Source of the DNA: Octopus sinensis
Lineage: Eukaryota
Direction of reading: 5' to 3'
NCBI RefSeq assembly: GCF_006345805.1
Contig: NC_042997.1
Coordinates: 71,796,001 to 71,860,000, forward strand
Length of the DNA: 64,000 nt
Part shown: positions 1 to 13,169 of the stretch, one piece after another
How the letters are laid out: the number at the start of each line of letters is the position of its first letter
How positions within the stretch are numbered: position 1 is the first letter of the stretch
Translations under genes and position numbers: made by a program
The notes under the pieces: model-generated
The model's database searches: none
Seen by the model: only the letters and a program-made list of their open reading frames with translations
What the model was told of the DNA's origin: nothing

Positions 1-530
1 AGCCTCCCATATGCAAGGAAGCTTTGGGAGGAGATCTGCAGTAGTCTTGCTAGAGCCCCATTGCATTTCGTTAGGAGGACTGCTAGGAATCCATTATTGC
101 CTGTGGCTAAGTTTGAGCTCATTTCGTCAATGGCTATTACATCTGTTACCTCTATTATGATGTAATCAATAATTGCCTTCTCTGTACAGCTGTGGTGCCA
201 GAACATTCATCAAACATGGTTATTGGCAAGTATCCAAACGGAGTTGTGAAAACACTTTTGTATTGCACACTTTTTTACAGCCCTTGCTTTTTTTTGCCCT
301 CTCCTTTTCATGAGAGTTCACTTTCAGTTTCAAACGATGTTTGTTTTTGATAGGATTCTTCACTTAGACGGTTTGAGCTCATTAGAATCTTCCGATCACT
401 GGGAATTTCTGCCTGTTTGGCATTCTCTCTGGAGCAAATGTACTGCATGTTATGCATGATTGTTATAAAGTGTTGTAGTTTTATGACAACACCTTGCATA
501 GAGCGACTGGTAGACTTGTTTTGGTCCATG
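1..530 (-). mobile_element. Decayed LINE fragment (region N-terminal to RT, CR1/L2/Jockey-like)
   Basis: Minus-strand translation ...SSNLATGNNGFLAVLLTKCNGALARLLQISSQSFLAYGR resembles the K.PGPDG...LLK.C...LA.PL...F..SL..G LINE motif; in-frame stops present. Confidence 0.55.
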
Positions 531-974
531 ACCTCTTTGTGAATACCTTTCCAATATTGACCCCGAAATGATGAAAAGCAAAGTTAATCTCGCTGATATT
601 TAAATGCAAAAAGCCAGAAGACTTTTCTTTGATACACTAACGATTTTTTCAGCTAGTCATCAGGTGATTTTAGAATGTCAACATATTCTTTCTAAACTTT
701 TGATGTGCAGAAAACGGGGGAAATCCCTTGGCGCCTCTCAGAGATGTACTCAGTTTCCTTCTACTGCTATATAAAGTGGCTATAAACTAGGCAACAGCGT
801 AATTAGAAGCTTAATTTGCACATATGTATTTTTAATGGCTTGAGATTTAAGATGTATATATTAAAATAGATATTTTATATACAACATATCATTATTCTAT
901 TAATAGAATACACGCACACAAACATACCTATTGGTGATAGGTGTAAATGTGTGATAATAGAAGTTTTCTACAGC

Positions 975-1135
975 AGATATATGCTGTGCAGGATTCTGAT
1001 GAGCTGACATTCGATTGTATCGATGTAATGATATAAGTTGAGTCTATCGTTGCAATATATTAAAAATATAGCAATACACTTGAGTTCGAATGTTGTCAAA
1101 AGCTTTCGAGTAGTCGATGAAACAACTGTAAATTT
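975..1135 (-). mobile_element. RTE-like LINE RT fragment
   Basis: Minus-strand CFIDYSKAFDNIRTQV, the RT motif FIDYxKAFD. Confidence 0.6.
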
Positions 1136-1168
1136 ATGTAATAAAATAATTTGCTCACTACACTCTCC

Positions 1169-1202
<34 letters not shown>

Positions 1203-1380
1203 TGTATGTATGTATGTATGTATGTATGTGTATTACGATTACAAATGTACTTATATATACGTGTACGCGCACGCACAATCATAAAGACGCTCCAACATAT
1301 ACGGGCGTGCACACTCACACAAAGAAATAGATATAGACAGAATGACAGACAGACACACAGACAGACACACAGACCGACAT

Positions 1381-1518
<138 letters not shown>

Positions 1519-2304
1519 TATAAAATATCTGCACAAAAGACGCTGTGACTTTTGAAAGGTGCTTTTATCCTCGTTGAGATGTGTGAAGTAGAGAGTTAAG
1601 TACTAGATAACCCATCAAAGTATTGTTTGTATGCAGATTATATATTCCTAGTTGATAAAGTTATTCAGCAGTTACTAAACACCGGAAACACACACCAGGA
1701 CCAAAATGGACTATGAAAATGAACAGCATAATAAGAACAAATATCGATTTATTAATTAGGTAAAAGGTCGCATATTTATAAGGTGTATGTGTTAATTTGC
1801 GAAATTATAACAAAGGCAGCATCTAAACAACCGTGAAATATCCATCACGGTTGGTTTGAGAAAATAAAAACAGATGAAAATACATGGGCAGTTGTTGGGG
1901 ATTTAAAGCTGTATATAATTTATCCATGCAACCTCTTTCACATGCCTGCTGGGATGGAGTACCAGATGACCCACAAGAATAGAGCACTATATGACATATG
2001 TGGCCTTAGCGAACAACAAAGAGGACTTCCAGCCACCTACTTGACACACCTTTAATTCTCAACATGTTTATTGCTCATTCTGTACCAGGGATTCTGATAA
2101 AATGTAAAAGTTTTGTTGTTATTTTTGTTCTTTAGCCCTTGGTCAGTCCTGATCGAGCAGAACTATGCTTAAACGTAACTGCTGTTTTTCCTACAACTTA
2201 ATATATATAAGACTACCATATGTAATTTACCATTTATAAGACAATGCCATGAAAATTAAGAGAGACTTGTTTTGAAAATCAACACGTATCATCTTTTATC
2301 TTTT

Positions 2305-2935
2305 ATCATTTAATTCTTTCTGTCATTAGACTGCACCCATTATGAGCCACCCGCCTTGAAGAATCTTTAGTCGAATGAATCAACCCAGTACTTATTTCTT
2401 TTTAAGTCCTTTTGGCCGAACCGCTAAGATACGAGGACGTAAAAACGCCAACATCGGATGTCAAATGATGGGGAGGACAAACACAGGCACAAGGAAAAAC
2501 ATACAAAGTCACACAAACACGCACACACACGAGTGTGTGTGTGTTACAATAATCGACTGTACAGATTTTCGGCAAAAATTGTTTCAAATAAAATAGATCA
2601 GATCTATAGGTAAGGAGTTTTGTAGTATTTGATTTCGTTCTTTTACTTTTATCTTCTGACCTGAAATATCTCCGGTCACCGTCTGGAAGGTTTTAGTCAA
2701 ACAAATTGACCCCAGTACTTACTTTTTTTTTTTTTTATTAAAGCCTGATACATATTCTATCGGTTTATTTTGCTAAACAGTTAAGTTACGCAGCCGTAAA
2801 TACACCAATACCTGTTGTCAAGCAGTGATGGGGCACAAACACAGACACAAAGTTACACATAGATACTGGTATAGCCTCAGATCGACCAAACCCTTGTAAC
2901 TGAATTTGGTCAGCCCGAAGCTATGATAGAAGACA
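2305..2935 (-). mobile_element. Two decayed partial copies of SINE family 1
   Basis: Reverse-complement similarity to the copies at 7564 and 22787 (ccgcctt...gaaccgctaag...caagc...gacaaacacag). Confidence 0.7.
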
Positions 2936-3641
2936 AAAATTCCCTTGTTCATTAGGCTCGACCAAGGCTGACATAGAGCAAAACAGCAACAGAAATTAGT
3001 CTCCGTCGGTATTACAAATCAGGTGTTTATAGTTTACCGAATGAACCCAGTTATTCGGAGCAAAGGTTTCTGTTGAGGATGATACCCTTGAAAATTTTCT
3101 AACCCTATGTCAAAGTGGTATTCATTATCACATTTAAGGGGTCTAAAATATCATCAAAGAGAACAGATGATTGATATGCCAGTAAGGAAATTACTAAATA
3201 GCTTTCAGCTGTCTCTTCGCCATTTCTATTTGTAGTCAGTGCATCAACCAAAATGTGCTGGGCTCAGTTTTTCTCTTTACTTGTCTTTTGTTCTACTTTT
3301 ATTTATTTACCTATGCAGTCTACATCTAGCTCCGCTGCCTATCTCTCTTTCTTCTTCCTCCTCTCATTCACTCACTCACTCACTCACTCACTCACTCACT
3401 CACTCTCTTTCATTGTCTTTCTATATATATGCGCGAGCATATGTGTGGACAGTGAGTTTGAAGTTTCGGCCAGTTAAGCCATCGTGGGACTGCAGTCTGA
3501 CGATGGCTTAACTAGCAGAACAGATGATACTGTCAACAATATTCTTGTTTAAGAATAAACTTGTATTCTACAAACGTATAGCGTAAATCCACTGGTTAAT
3601 GTACATTTGTTTTTATAACTAAACATAAAAACAAAGACGCA

Positions 3642-3716
<75 letters not shown>

Positions 3717-3826
3717 CATACACATACATACATACATACATACATACACGCAAACGTCGAACGATGAAAAGGATTTCTCAACACCGCAGTGGTGGTTAGA
3801 ATTTATGATTTAAGGCTATCATAGTG

Positions 3827-4150
3827 AGGGCGCATGGCTCAGTGCTTAGAGCCTCGAGGTTACGATCGTGAGTTCGAATCCCGGACCGGGCTGCGTGTTG
3901 TGTTCTTGAACCAGACACTTTATTTCACGTTGCTCCAGTTCGCTCAGCTGTAGAAATGAGTTGCGACGTCACAAGTGCCAAGTTGCATCGGCCTTTGCCT
4001 TTCCCTTGGGTAACACTGGTGGCGTAGAGACGGGAGGCCGGTATGCTTGGGTGACTGCTGGTCTTCTATAAACAAACTTGTCCAGACTTGTGCCTGGGAG
4101 GGTAACTTTCTAGGCGCAATCTCAAGGTCAGTCATGACCGAAGGGGATCT
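3827..4150 (+). mobile_element. tRNA-derived SINE, family 3
   Basis: A box (ggctcagtgcttag) and B box (gagttcgaatc), then a body shared with 23652-24100 ending in gaccgaagggg. Confidence 0.85.
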
Positions 4151-4329
4151 CAGCAAGACTACCCTTGGTTTCATGTCAAGAAAAATAGAAAAATATCTTA
4201 ATATCTTAACAATTCTTGAAATCGATCACATAGAGGAATGGTGTTCGTGTCCATTTTGGATAAACACAAAGTCTTGTTGAATTCACCGAGATTCTCATAA
4301 AGAAAACAATAAATCGAGGGGTGCTACTC

Positions 4330-5130
4330 ATGGATGGCATTTTTTGAGTGGTTATCATCTTTGGGTTTGACTTTTGGGCAAGCAGTCGTGCCGAATAGTT
4401 TGCATTATCTTATATTATATTCTGGGTGTAGGTGATGTTCGTATGCTTGTGTACTAAGGTAGTTCGTCATGGGAGCACATTTCGTCTGCGTGTAGAGCTA
4501 TGTGTTATGTATATCCAAATTTCATGAACCTTGTGGGATTAGTGGTGCAGGTGGTGGTTCGTCTTTGAAGTGTTTCAGTGTGAAATATTGCTTGTGTATG
4601 CAGAAAAAGATTTCATTCCTAATATTTAGCCTGTTTTCTGTATGATGTTTAGTTTTTTCAGTAATACAGAGTTCACATCTAATACTTCGTCCGCTGTATA
4701 TTTTAGTTTTAGCTATGATGTTCCATTTTATCTGGGGATTACTTAGTTTCCCTTCTTGCTTATGCTATTCTTGAAGTTGGACCTTTCTATAGTATGGGGT
4801 GGCTTTTACAAAAGTGTCTCTATCGGCGGATAAATTGGAGACACACGTGCTGATGTTGTTACCTAGTTGTTTAATGACTGCTGTAGGTGGTTGGAGCATA
4901 TGTCTATGTACGAGGATTCCTCATTTAGTTTATGGTAGGGTTTAAATTTGTCTGTGCTAATGTTAATATTTAGGAAGTTGATTTCCTTAAGGTTGGTACT
5001 AATTGTAGTTCTTAGATATAATTGGCTAAATATTTTGCATAATTTTTTTCCTAATTTTATCCATATCATGTCCGTTTTTATTGTGTACCACTCCGAGGCT
5101 AACGTCCTATGTTAGTTTCTTTTATAAAAA
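4330..5130 (-). mobile_element. Penelope-like element remnant (RT C-terminus and GIY-YIG region)
   Basis: Minus-strand peptides NFLNINISTDKFKPYHKLN...YIDICSNH and IKWNIIAKTKIYSGRSIRCELCITEK match PLE motifs (NFLD...PY.KP...YI...SNHP; KW.I...RC.LC..EK). Frameshifted. Confidence 0.75.
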
Positions 5131-5303
5131 CTTCTTATATAAACCTTATGCTAGCTTCTTTTATTTCTTTTCTAAGGATATATAAGAGGCCTATCCCTGC
5201 ACCGTCATAGCTCCCTATTGCCACGTCAAATAACTCGTCCCCATTCTTTTTACCCAATAGGAATTACTATCATGAAAAAGCAATGACTTACTCGCGTTCA
5301 AAA

Positions 5304-5349
<46 letters not shown>

Positions 5350-6797
5350 TACATATATATATATATAAAGGTGTCAAAATACTATAGGTAGCTCAGAGTG
5401 CCATCTATTGAACTGGTGGGTGCAGTTAATGACACACTAATCAATTCAGCAAGGCGCTGAACTACCTTGTAATTATTGTGTTTCTCATCTAGAGCAGAAC
5501 CGCAGTTGTTTAGCGCCAGCTTCATGGCCATTGAATTGACGGGAAATAAGTCTGACTCTTAAAAAGGACAACGATCTATCACATGCGACATTTCTAGATG
5601 TGGTATCGTTTTAAGAATTTTATAAACTTTTGAGACAACGTGAAATAATTCGTTTTGGGATTATAGGAGCTCCAAGTACATGTCATAAAACTATAAATGA
5701 TAGCATGTAAGTTCGGGGTTGACGAACCTCCTTGCATAGAAAAGGTTGAACGCAGACTTCGACTTATTCTCTCTAGATGGTCTTTCCAACCCAATACTCA
5801 TACGGTATTATTTATATCAGTGATTCCCGACATGGGGCATTCGCCTCACCCGTGGGGCTTGAGAAAATTGTACTTGTGCCGTAGTCGCCAAGCACAAGGT
5901 TCTCGTTAAAATCATTCACTTTTCTTTCTTTAGTCAATAATGTACTTTTTTTTATTCAGTACTTAAAAGAGTTACCGGTAGATTCTTTGGTATAAAATAA
6001 CTGTGATAAAATAAAGTTGTTTTGTTCCAACTACCGGTGGGGCATACATTTTCTGGGAAGTTATAGTAGCACCTGGGGGAAATAGGTTGGGAAACAGTGA
6101 TTTTAGATGAAGTGGGAACTATGTAAAATTATGTTTGAAGTCCCAAAACTTAGCGAAGCGCCTTCAACGGACTAGGGCACAAATCATTTTAGCTGGTACT
6201 ATACGTTACTTTATCCGCTCAGCCATTCAGTTCTGCTAAGCGTAAGAAATTTTAATTGAGGGTTTCTAAAGGATTTGCTCTATTTGCTTTGTATTTATCG
6301 TTATTTTCTGCGAGCGAAAGAAATAGGAGTGGAAGAGTTGTAGCTTGGGCTAAGTGAAGGGTATGAGTGGAGTCGATGAAACTATCACCAAGATTGTACT
6401 TAAAAGGCTAATTATGTACAATGGAGTGATAAGGAATGGGAGAGAGGATGAGTGTTGAAAGGAAGTTTATCGCGAAAGGAGCCAGGCATGGGAATTAACT
6501 TCAACAAGTCATTGTTGAAAACAATGCATGAAGTCATCGTGTAAGAAAATTCTTGTATGTTCACCCATTGCTCTTTGCACGCGAGAAGAATATTTTCAAA
6601 ATATCTTTCGTATAAAATATGTTCGTATAATTTTACAACTACATCATACAAGAAATACATAGACAGATAGACACATACCCACAGAGGGACATGCACACTT
6701 ATATATATGCATGTGTGTATCTGTGTATGTACGTGTGTGCACCTGTATACATATATATGTATACAGACATACATACACACACACACACACATACGCG

Positions 6798-6830
<33 letters not shown>

Positions 6831-7159
6831 TGAACAATTCCGCGGTAAAAACAATGCCTCGTTCTTACAGTTCACTTCGGGATAGAGAATTTACTACCCG
6901 TCAGTTTCTTCCATATTACTCAATAAGATCCTGATAGTGACTAGAAACCTTTTCCATATTGCAACTGATGAATTTAATATCATTAAGTTACCTAGGAGGA
7001 CTCTTATTGCATTCCAGAGTGACCCTTGTTATAAGCAATCTAGGATCAATGAGTTTGACGTGGTTATGAGCTCCTCCGACCCCGCCCAGATTTTTGAAAA
7101 TCAGTACCTGCAACTTAAACATACATACATGCATACGTGTATGTACATATAAATAGGTG

Positions 7160-7192
<33 letters not shown>

Positions 7193-7229
7193 GTATGTGT
7201 ATATACGTGTATGTACATAGACATAGGTG

Positions 7230-7265
<36 letters not shown>

Positions 7266-7324
7266 CATACATATAAACATATATATACACGCACACACAT
7301 ACACAGATACACAGGCGCACACAC

Positions 7325-7489
7325 ACATAACTAAAGCGTGGCTGTGTACTAAAAAAATTGCTTCCCAACCACATGCTTCTGGGTTCAGTCCCACTGCATA
7401 GCACCATCGGCAAGTGTTTTCTACACCTGCTCACGCTGACCAAAGCCTCATGAGCGAACTTAGTAGATAGTAACTGAAAGACGTTCGTC

Positions 7490-7490
<1 letters not shown>
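7325..7490 (-). mobile_element. SINE family 1, 5' half
   Basis: Reverse complement of the family 1 head and core. Confidence 0.6.
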
Positions 7491-7563
<73 letters not shown>

Positions 7564-7567
<4 letters not shown>

Positions 7568-7933
7568 AGCAGTGGCTCTGTGGTAAGTGGCTTGCTTACT
7601 AACCAGATGGTTCCGGGTGTCTTCTACTATAGCCTCGGGCTGACCAAAGCTTTGTGAGTGGATTTGGTAGACGGAAACTGAAAGAAGCCCGTCGTATATA
7701 TGTATATGTATATATATGTTTGTGTCTGTGTTTGTCCCCCACCCAACATCGCTTGACAACCGATGCTGGTGTGTTTATGTCTCCGTAACATAGCGGTTCG
7801 AGAAAAGAGACCGATAGAATGAGTACTAGGCTTAGAAAGAATAAGTCCTGGGGTCGATTTGCTCGACTAAAGGCGGTGCCCCATCATGGCCGCAGTCAAA
7901 TGACTGAAGCAAGTAAAAGAGTAAAGAGCAAGA

Positions 7934-7935
<2 letters not shown>
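7564..7935 (+). mobile_element. SINE family 1, near full length
   Basis: tRNA-like head (gtggctctgtggtaag...gttccggg), internal (TA/TG)n and tail gactgaagcaagtaaaagag; many homologous copies in the window. Confidence 0.9.
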
Positions 7936-7969
<34 letters not shown>

Positions 7970-8054
7970 GAGTGGATGAACGAAAGAATGGCACTCAACC
8001 AATTTCTGGGTAGTTACATATATGGAGCAAAACAGTTTGATAGACTACAAATTT

Positions 8055-8099
8055 GTTGGTACTCTTGAGTTTCAAGTGGGATGCTAGTCGTCAGCCCAC
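8055..8099 (-). ncRNA. Partly decayed type I hammerhead ribozyme motif
   Basis: GUGGG-CUGACGA-CUAGCAUCCCACUU-GAAA-CUCAAGAG-UA/CCAAC. Core and stem III intact, stem I 4/5 paired, stem II poor. Confidence 0.4.
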
Positions 8100-8829
8100 C
8101 ATAAGGTGGGCTGCGATTGGTCGAGGAAGGTTACACGGTGTCGTGGTTTGATGTTGGTATATGTATAACAGTTAGCTTGAAAATACTACATAGCGAACAG
8201 GAAATTGACCACGTGGAGGATAGGAAATAGACTAGAAGTCGGTATGGTTGTTGTTGTTGGAGGGGAGTATATTGTTCTATATGTGGGTGTGAAGACGCGC
8301 TCATATAGTTTTGCATGTATGTGTTTTTTTATGCGAGTGTGCGTTTCTGTACGAATTTCAATCAACGAATTTGAATCAAACTGTTTTGATCGTTATATAT
8401 ATAGACACATATATATAAGACACATCACTTTGGATATGCACTCGCACACAGAGTGAAATGAAAGGGGGGTCTAACGAAGGACTTTTTAAAATAATTTCCT
8501 GAGTAGATGTATTTTACACCTTGGATATATGATAATGATTACACAACCCTTCACCAATGTGATACAGGTATAACGTGTCGACACAATTGTTGTGGTTTTT
8601 AAATGAAGAACGTCGTTCATTCGATTTTGTATCATTTATCTATTTATATAAACTTTACGGATACTATGGAATTCTTCATGTATAAAAAAAGGTCATATCC
8701 AGTAACAAGACTATGACATTAAGTACTCAATAACCGTGGGAGATTTTTCCGTAGCATTCTACTACTTTTTATAGGAATCCTATATATCTAATGGGTGTGT
8801 GTGTGCGTGCATACGTGCGCCCGCGTATG

Positions 8830-9042
8830 TCTTTGTGTCTGTGTTTGTCCCCCATCACCGGTTGACAACCGATGCTAGTGCGTTTACTTCCTCATAACAT
8901 AGCGGTTCAGCATAAGAAACCGATAAAATAAGTACCATGCTTAAAATATATGTACAAGAGTCAATTCGTTCAAATAAAATTCTTGAAGGCAGTACTGTAG
9001 CATGGCCACAGTCTACTGACTGAAACAAGTAAAAGATAAAAG
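8830..9042 (+). mobile_element. SINE family 1, 3' half
   Basis: Homology to 7720-7935. Confidence 0.8.
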
Positions 9043-9299
9043 ATGTTTGATATAAAGGAATTATATGAGGCCATAAATAAAATGGCTTATAATTTAAGCA
9101 TGAGGTCCCGACAACCCTTTCCTCCCCAGGACAAAACCCTTAAGATAGAGTGCGAAATAGAACAAAAACCCCTTGAATAGTTTGACCCTTGAATATTCAA
9201 ATTGGATCATACACGGAAACAGGTCTGTTTTTTTTTCTTCATCCTTACCTGTCTGCATTCTTTCCTTAGCAGTTGGTGGCATTATTGGCCTTCCGTTGC

Positions 9300-9900
9300 A
9301 CAATTAGATTTTTAAGGAAGATATGTGGTGCAAGAAAGACGACTGCGCTGGTACGGTCATGTGATGCATATGGACGAGGACAGCTGTGTAAAGAAGTGCC
9401 GATCTCTAACTGTGGAGGGAACCTGTGGTGGAGGTAGACCCAAGAAGACATGGGACGGGGTGGTGAAGCATAATCTTCAAAGTTTGAACCTCACATAGGC
9501 AATAACTAGCAACCGAGACCTTTAGTGATATGCTGTGCTTGAGAAGACTCGTCATGCCAAGTGAAGTCGTTGTCGTGACTGATGCTGGTGTCATGCAACT
9601 GGCACCCGTGCGTTACGCGTAAAGAGCGCATTTCGAGCGTTGGGCCTCACGGAGGCGAATTCCTTTGGCATCACGACGTGCTTGAGAAGACCCATCAAGG
9701 CGAGCAAAATTGCAGTCGTGGCAGGTACCGGTGTCACGCAAATGTCACGCAAAAGTCCATTACATTCTCGGATTGGTTGGCGTTAGAAAGGGCATCCAGC
9801 CGTAGAAACGATGCCGAATTAAACTGGAGTCTAGTGCAATCTTCCGTCCAACTTATGCCAGCATGGACAACGGACTTTAAATGATGATGATGACGACGAC
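9300..9900 (+). mobile_element. RTE-like LINE 3' end with (GAT)n tail
   Basis: Frameshifted W.GHV.RMDED..VKKC....VEG..G.GRPKKTW motif, 3' UTR ggttggcgttagaaagggcatccagccg, then (GAT)n. Confidence 0.7.
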
Positions 9901-10425
9901 GATGACGATTATAATGATGATGATGATATGTTTACATGGGGAATTACGGTACCCAGGTAGACAAAACAAATCTTGTGGAGTGAACTAGCACAAAGAAATA
10001 TAATATTTTTCATGATTACTTTGGTAATAAATTACTTAAATTGTACTTTTTCGTCTAATTTTAAGGAAAGAATGCAGACAGGTAAGGATGAAGAAAAAAA
10101 TGGTGTTAAAGTCCAAAAACATAAAAATTATAAATGATGTTTTCTTTTTGTGTCCTGATTCGCACTTTAAATCAGGGGATTCTGTCCTGGGGTGTTTTGT
10201 CCTACACTCTATGCATAAAGCCAGCAATTTTGAGAAGAGAGTGTTAGTTGATGTCATACTTATTAAGTATTTATTTTATCGAGGCTGTTTAGTTGACATC
10301 AGATGTATTGGAAATCGGAACGTAAAAAGCCAGAAGCAATTGTCCTGGCTGGTGTAATTTTATTTGACACTTTAACAGTTCTGCCACATCACCACCTAAA
10401 CGAAATAGAAAGAGATTCTACTTAC

Positions 10426-10658
10426 CATATTAAACAGAGTCAAAGTATATGTTGTAATGTAATCTTCGCCGTGTTTTTTGTACATCACTTTATCGACAAC
10501 AACAAGTGTTTCCACTGTACGATCTGCCAAAGATGGTAATGGCTGCTTCCAAGTTGTCTGTGCATTCCTTTTTCGGCGTGACCGGAAATTCATTCTACTA
10601 CTGAAGTCAGAGTTAAAGACTGGTAGCGATGTTTTCGACTGTGCAGATGAGGTCTTAC
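10426..10658 (-). CDS. ADAMTS: ADAMTS exon with furin site and N-terminus of the M12B/reprolysin catalytic domain
   Basis: Acceptor ttttctttag|GTAAGA and donor ATG|gtaagt. Translates (G)KTSSAQ...RSRRKRNAQ...RTVETLVVVDKVMYKKHGEDYITTYTLTLFNM, closely resembling the ADAMTS16/18 ETLVVVDK.M...HG...ITTY.LT..NM motif. 233 nt, phase 1 in (matches the upstream exon), phase 0 out. Confidence 0.93.
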
Positions 10659-10865
10659 CTAAAGAAAAGTAATTATAAACAATAATTGCAATATTAATGC
10701 CAATAATTTGCATATATATCTATATAACAACGTCAACGATAATGGATTCAAATGTTATTTGGGACAGCTAGGATACTTAGGAGGGTTCTTGGTATCTAAG
10801 GTTACTTGTAGCCGATGTTAGGATTCTTTTCTTTTCCAACAGTCTAATCTGTTGATATATATGAA

Positions 10866-10941
<76 letters not shown>

Positions 10942-10985
10942 TTGATGATAATGATTATGATGATGATGATGATGATGATGATGAC

Positions 10986-11240
10986 AATTTCTTTTATTGG
11001 TCACAAGCTCTCGAGACCTAGGGGACAATATCAAAGGACGAGATACAACACACAAAAATAGGTGGGGTTTAATCTGTCGAAGGGAGACAGTAATATTAAA
11101 GAATATAACAAATGATGTATAAATAGAAGGTAGAGAAATAATTAATTAATTAATAGAATCACCAAGAGCAGGGTAGTCAACTTGGGGTAACTCGGATAAA
11201 ACCCCACGCAAAAGGCTCGAATTACGGTTCTACCCCCAGT
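10986..11240 (-). mobile_element. Probable LINE 3' UTR fragment with AATAAA and (CAT)n tail
   Basis: Minus strand ends gtgaccaataaaagaaattgtcatcatcat inside a GAT/AAT microsatellite. Confidence 0.4.
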
Positions 11241-12139
11241 GATGATGGTGGTGATGATGATGATGATGATGATGATAACAAAAACAACAACAACAACAAC
11301 AACAACAACAATAATAATAATAATAATGGCGATGATGAGCTAAAATATGTAAAATAATGATTTAAACGATTATCCGCATAGTTATTCTTTCTTTATTCTT
11401 ATTTATTTATCTATAAATTTTTAAGAATTTGGAAGAAGATATAGTTGCTTGTATCGACCTTGTTTCTTTATTTGCCCCAAAAGATTGAAGGCGAAGTTGA
11501 TCTATTAGTTACGTCAGAGGTTTGGAACAAGTTAAACGTTTATAACCTTTCAAATTACCATCCTAACAGTAAGCCATTCAAGTTGCGACCAGCCCTCTAT
11601 TCCGGAAGACATTATCCCGTATATTCCTTTTTAAGACGGTAGGGTTCAATTTGAGGAATATTTGGCAGGTGTTTCTACAAGTGAGACCAAACGCGTAGAT
11701 ACTCCCGAGTTGGCTGTTGTTTTGTTATTGTTGTTAGTCCATAGTTGCGGTGACTTTCAAAAAGAGCAGGCATCAGGCTTACTTTCGAACGTGGGCTGAT
11801 TTACTTTACCAAATTTTATTTACAACCAAAACACGTGAATAACATTTAAACTGAACTCCTCTCTACCCTAACCTTCTCACTTTCCCTCTTACTCATTTCT
11901 GTTGTCACTGTATGCATTCATGTATGTGTGTGTGCATGTGTGAGTATGTATACACATCTGTTATGCATGTGTGTGTGTGCGCGCGGGTGTGGGTGTGTGG
12001 GTGTGCGCGCGCGCGTGTTTACATACATATATACATATATATATGTATGTATGCATGTATGTATTATGTATATATGTATGTATATATGTATATATATGTG
12101 TGTATGTGTGTGCGTGTATTGTATATATATATATATATG

Positions 12140-12220
<81 letters not shown>

Positions 12221-12355
12221 TATATATATATATATTACAGTAGTCTCCCGGTATTCTCGGGGTTTACGTTCCTAGAGCACCCGCGAATAGTGAAAAACCG
12301 CGTATATTGTACGTGGTCCGTTAAAATGAATATAAATGTCAAAATGTAACGTAGA

Positions 12356-12404
<49 letters not shown>

Positions 12405-12456
12405 CGTATGTATGTATGTATGTATGTATGTATGTATGTATGTATGTATGTATATA

Positions 12457-12732
12457 TGAAGTATATTGCCACTTAAATGTGGCTAAGCACTAAGGGTGGA
12501 TGGTATTGTAGCTTGTAGCCCCAGGAGAACATCTTCTCCTGCTGGCTATTGACACACTTTCTGTGCCCTATTAGTATTCCCATCGTCAACCTGACGTGAT
12601 ACGCACGGACCCGGGTTTCTGAATATTTACCGTCGTCAGCGCACGACAATCACCAGTCTTCGATGTTGAAGGTGTCCCAATGCAAATACAGATATCCTTT
12701 TTCCAGTGATGAAACGTCACTGATCTCGAAAA
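12457..12732 (-). mobile_element. Hammerhead-bearing repeat (family D, PLE pLTR-like), copy 1
   Basis: Clear homology to 23263-23550; contains a hammerhead motif at 12603-12644. Confidence 0.7.
12603..12644 (-). ncRNA. Type I hammerhead ribozyme motif (family D)
   Basis: GUGCG-CUGACGA-CGGUAAAUAUUCA-GAAA-CCCGGG-UC/CGUGC. Stem I 5 bp, palindromic stem III ACCCGGGU, GUC site; stem II imperfect. Confidence 0.55.
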
Positions 12733-12769
12733 AGTGTAAACAAGCAATCATAAATCATATGTGTGTATG

Positions 12770-12802
<33 letters not shown>

Positions 12803-12899
12803 ACATTTAATAATAATTTGATAAAAAATAAAGTAAAATGTACGGTTACTCACCAATAATGAATGATATTGATTTAAGACGATGATGATGAAAATAATG

Positions 12900-13130
12900 A
12901 ATGCAATGACTACACAGCAGAGAAGACTTAAACCGCTTCAGAAGATACCTCTTCTTCAGGTGTTTTAGGGGATGTGGTATCTTCGTGCAGGGCTTTCTTG
13001 GTGTGCTTGAGGAACATTGTGATAGGAAGTTGCTGTCGTTGTTTATTCATTATGGTGAGAAGAGTTTTATGTCTGCATGGCAGCATCGATAGGATTTTTA
13101 AATTGGAGAGACCGAACCATATAGGTACCC
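12900..13130 (-). mobile_element. Penelope-like 3' remnant with decayed hammerhead
   Basis: Minus strand LNLKSYRCCHADIKL resembles the PLE C-terminal LN.R.E...C.H..K motif, followed by acacCUGAAGAAGAGGuauCUUC. Confidence 0.4.
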
Positions 13131-13169
13131 CATGCTTCCGCTTTCCCTTGCAATTCCTTTGCTGTCCTT

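Noticed and set aside
10300-10396. Next ADAMTS exon after a 30-nt mini-intron (tttcgtttag|GTGGTG)
   Set aside because: The intron would be too short, the frame stops after 7 codons, and there is no ADAMTS similarity.
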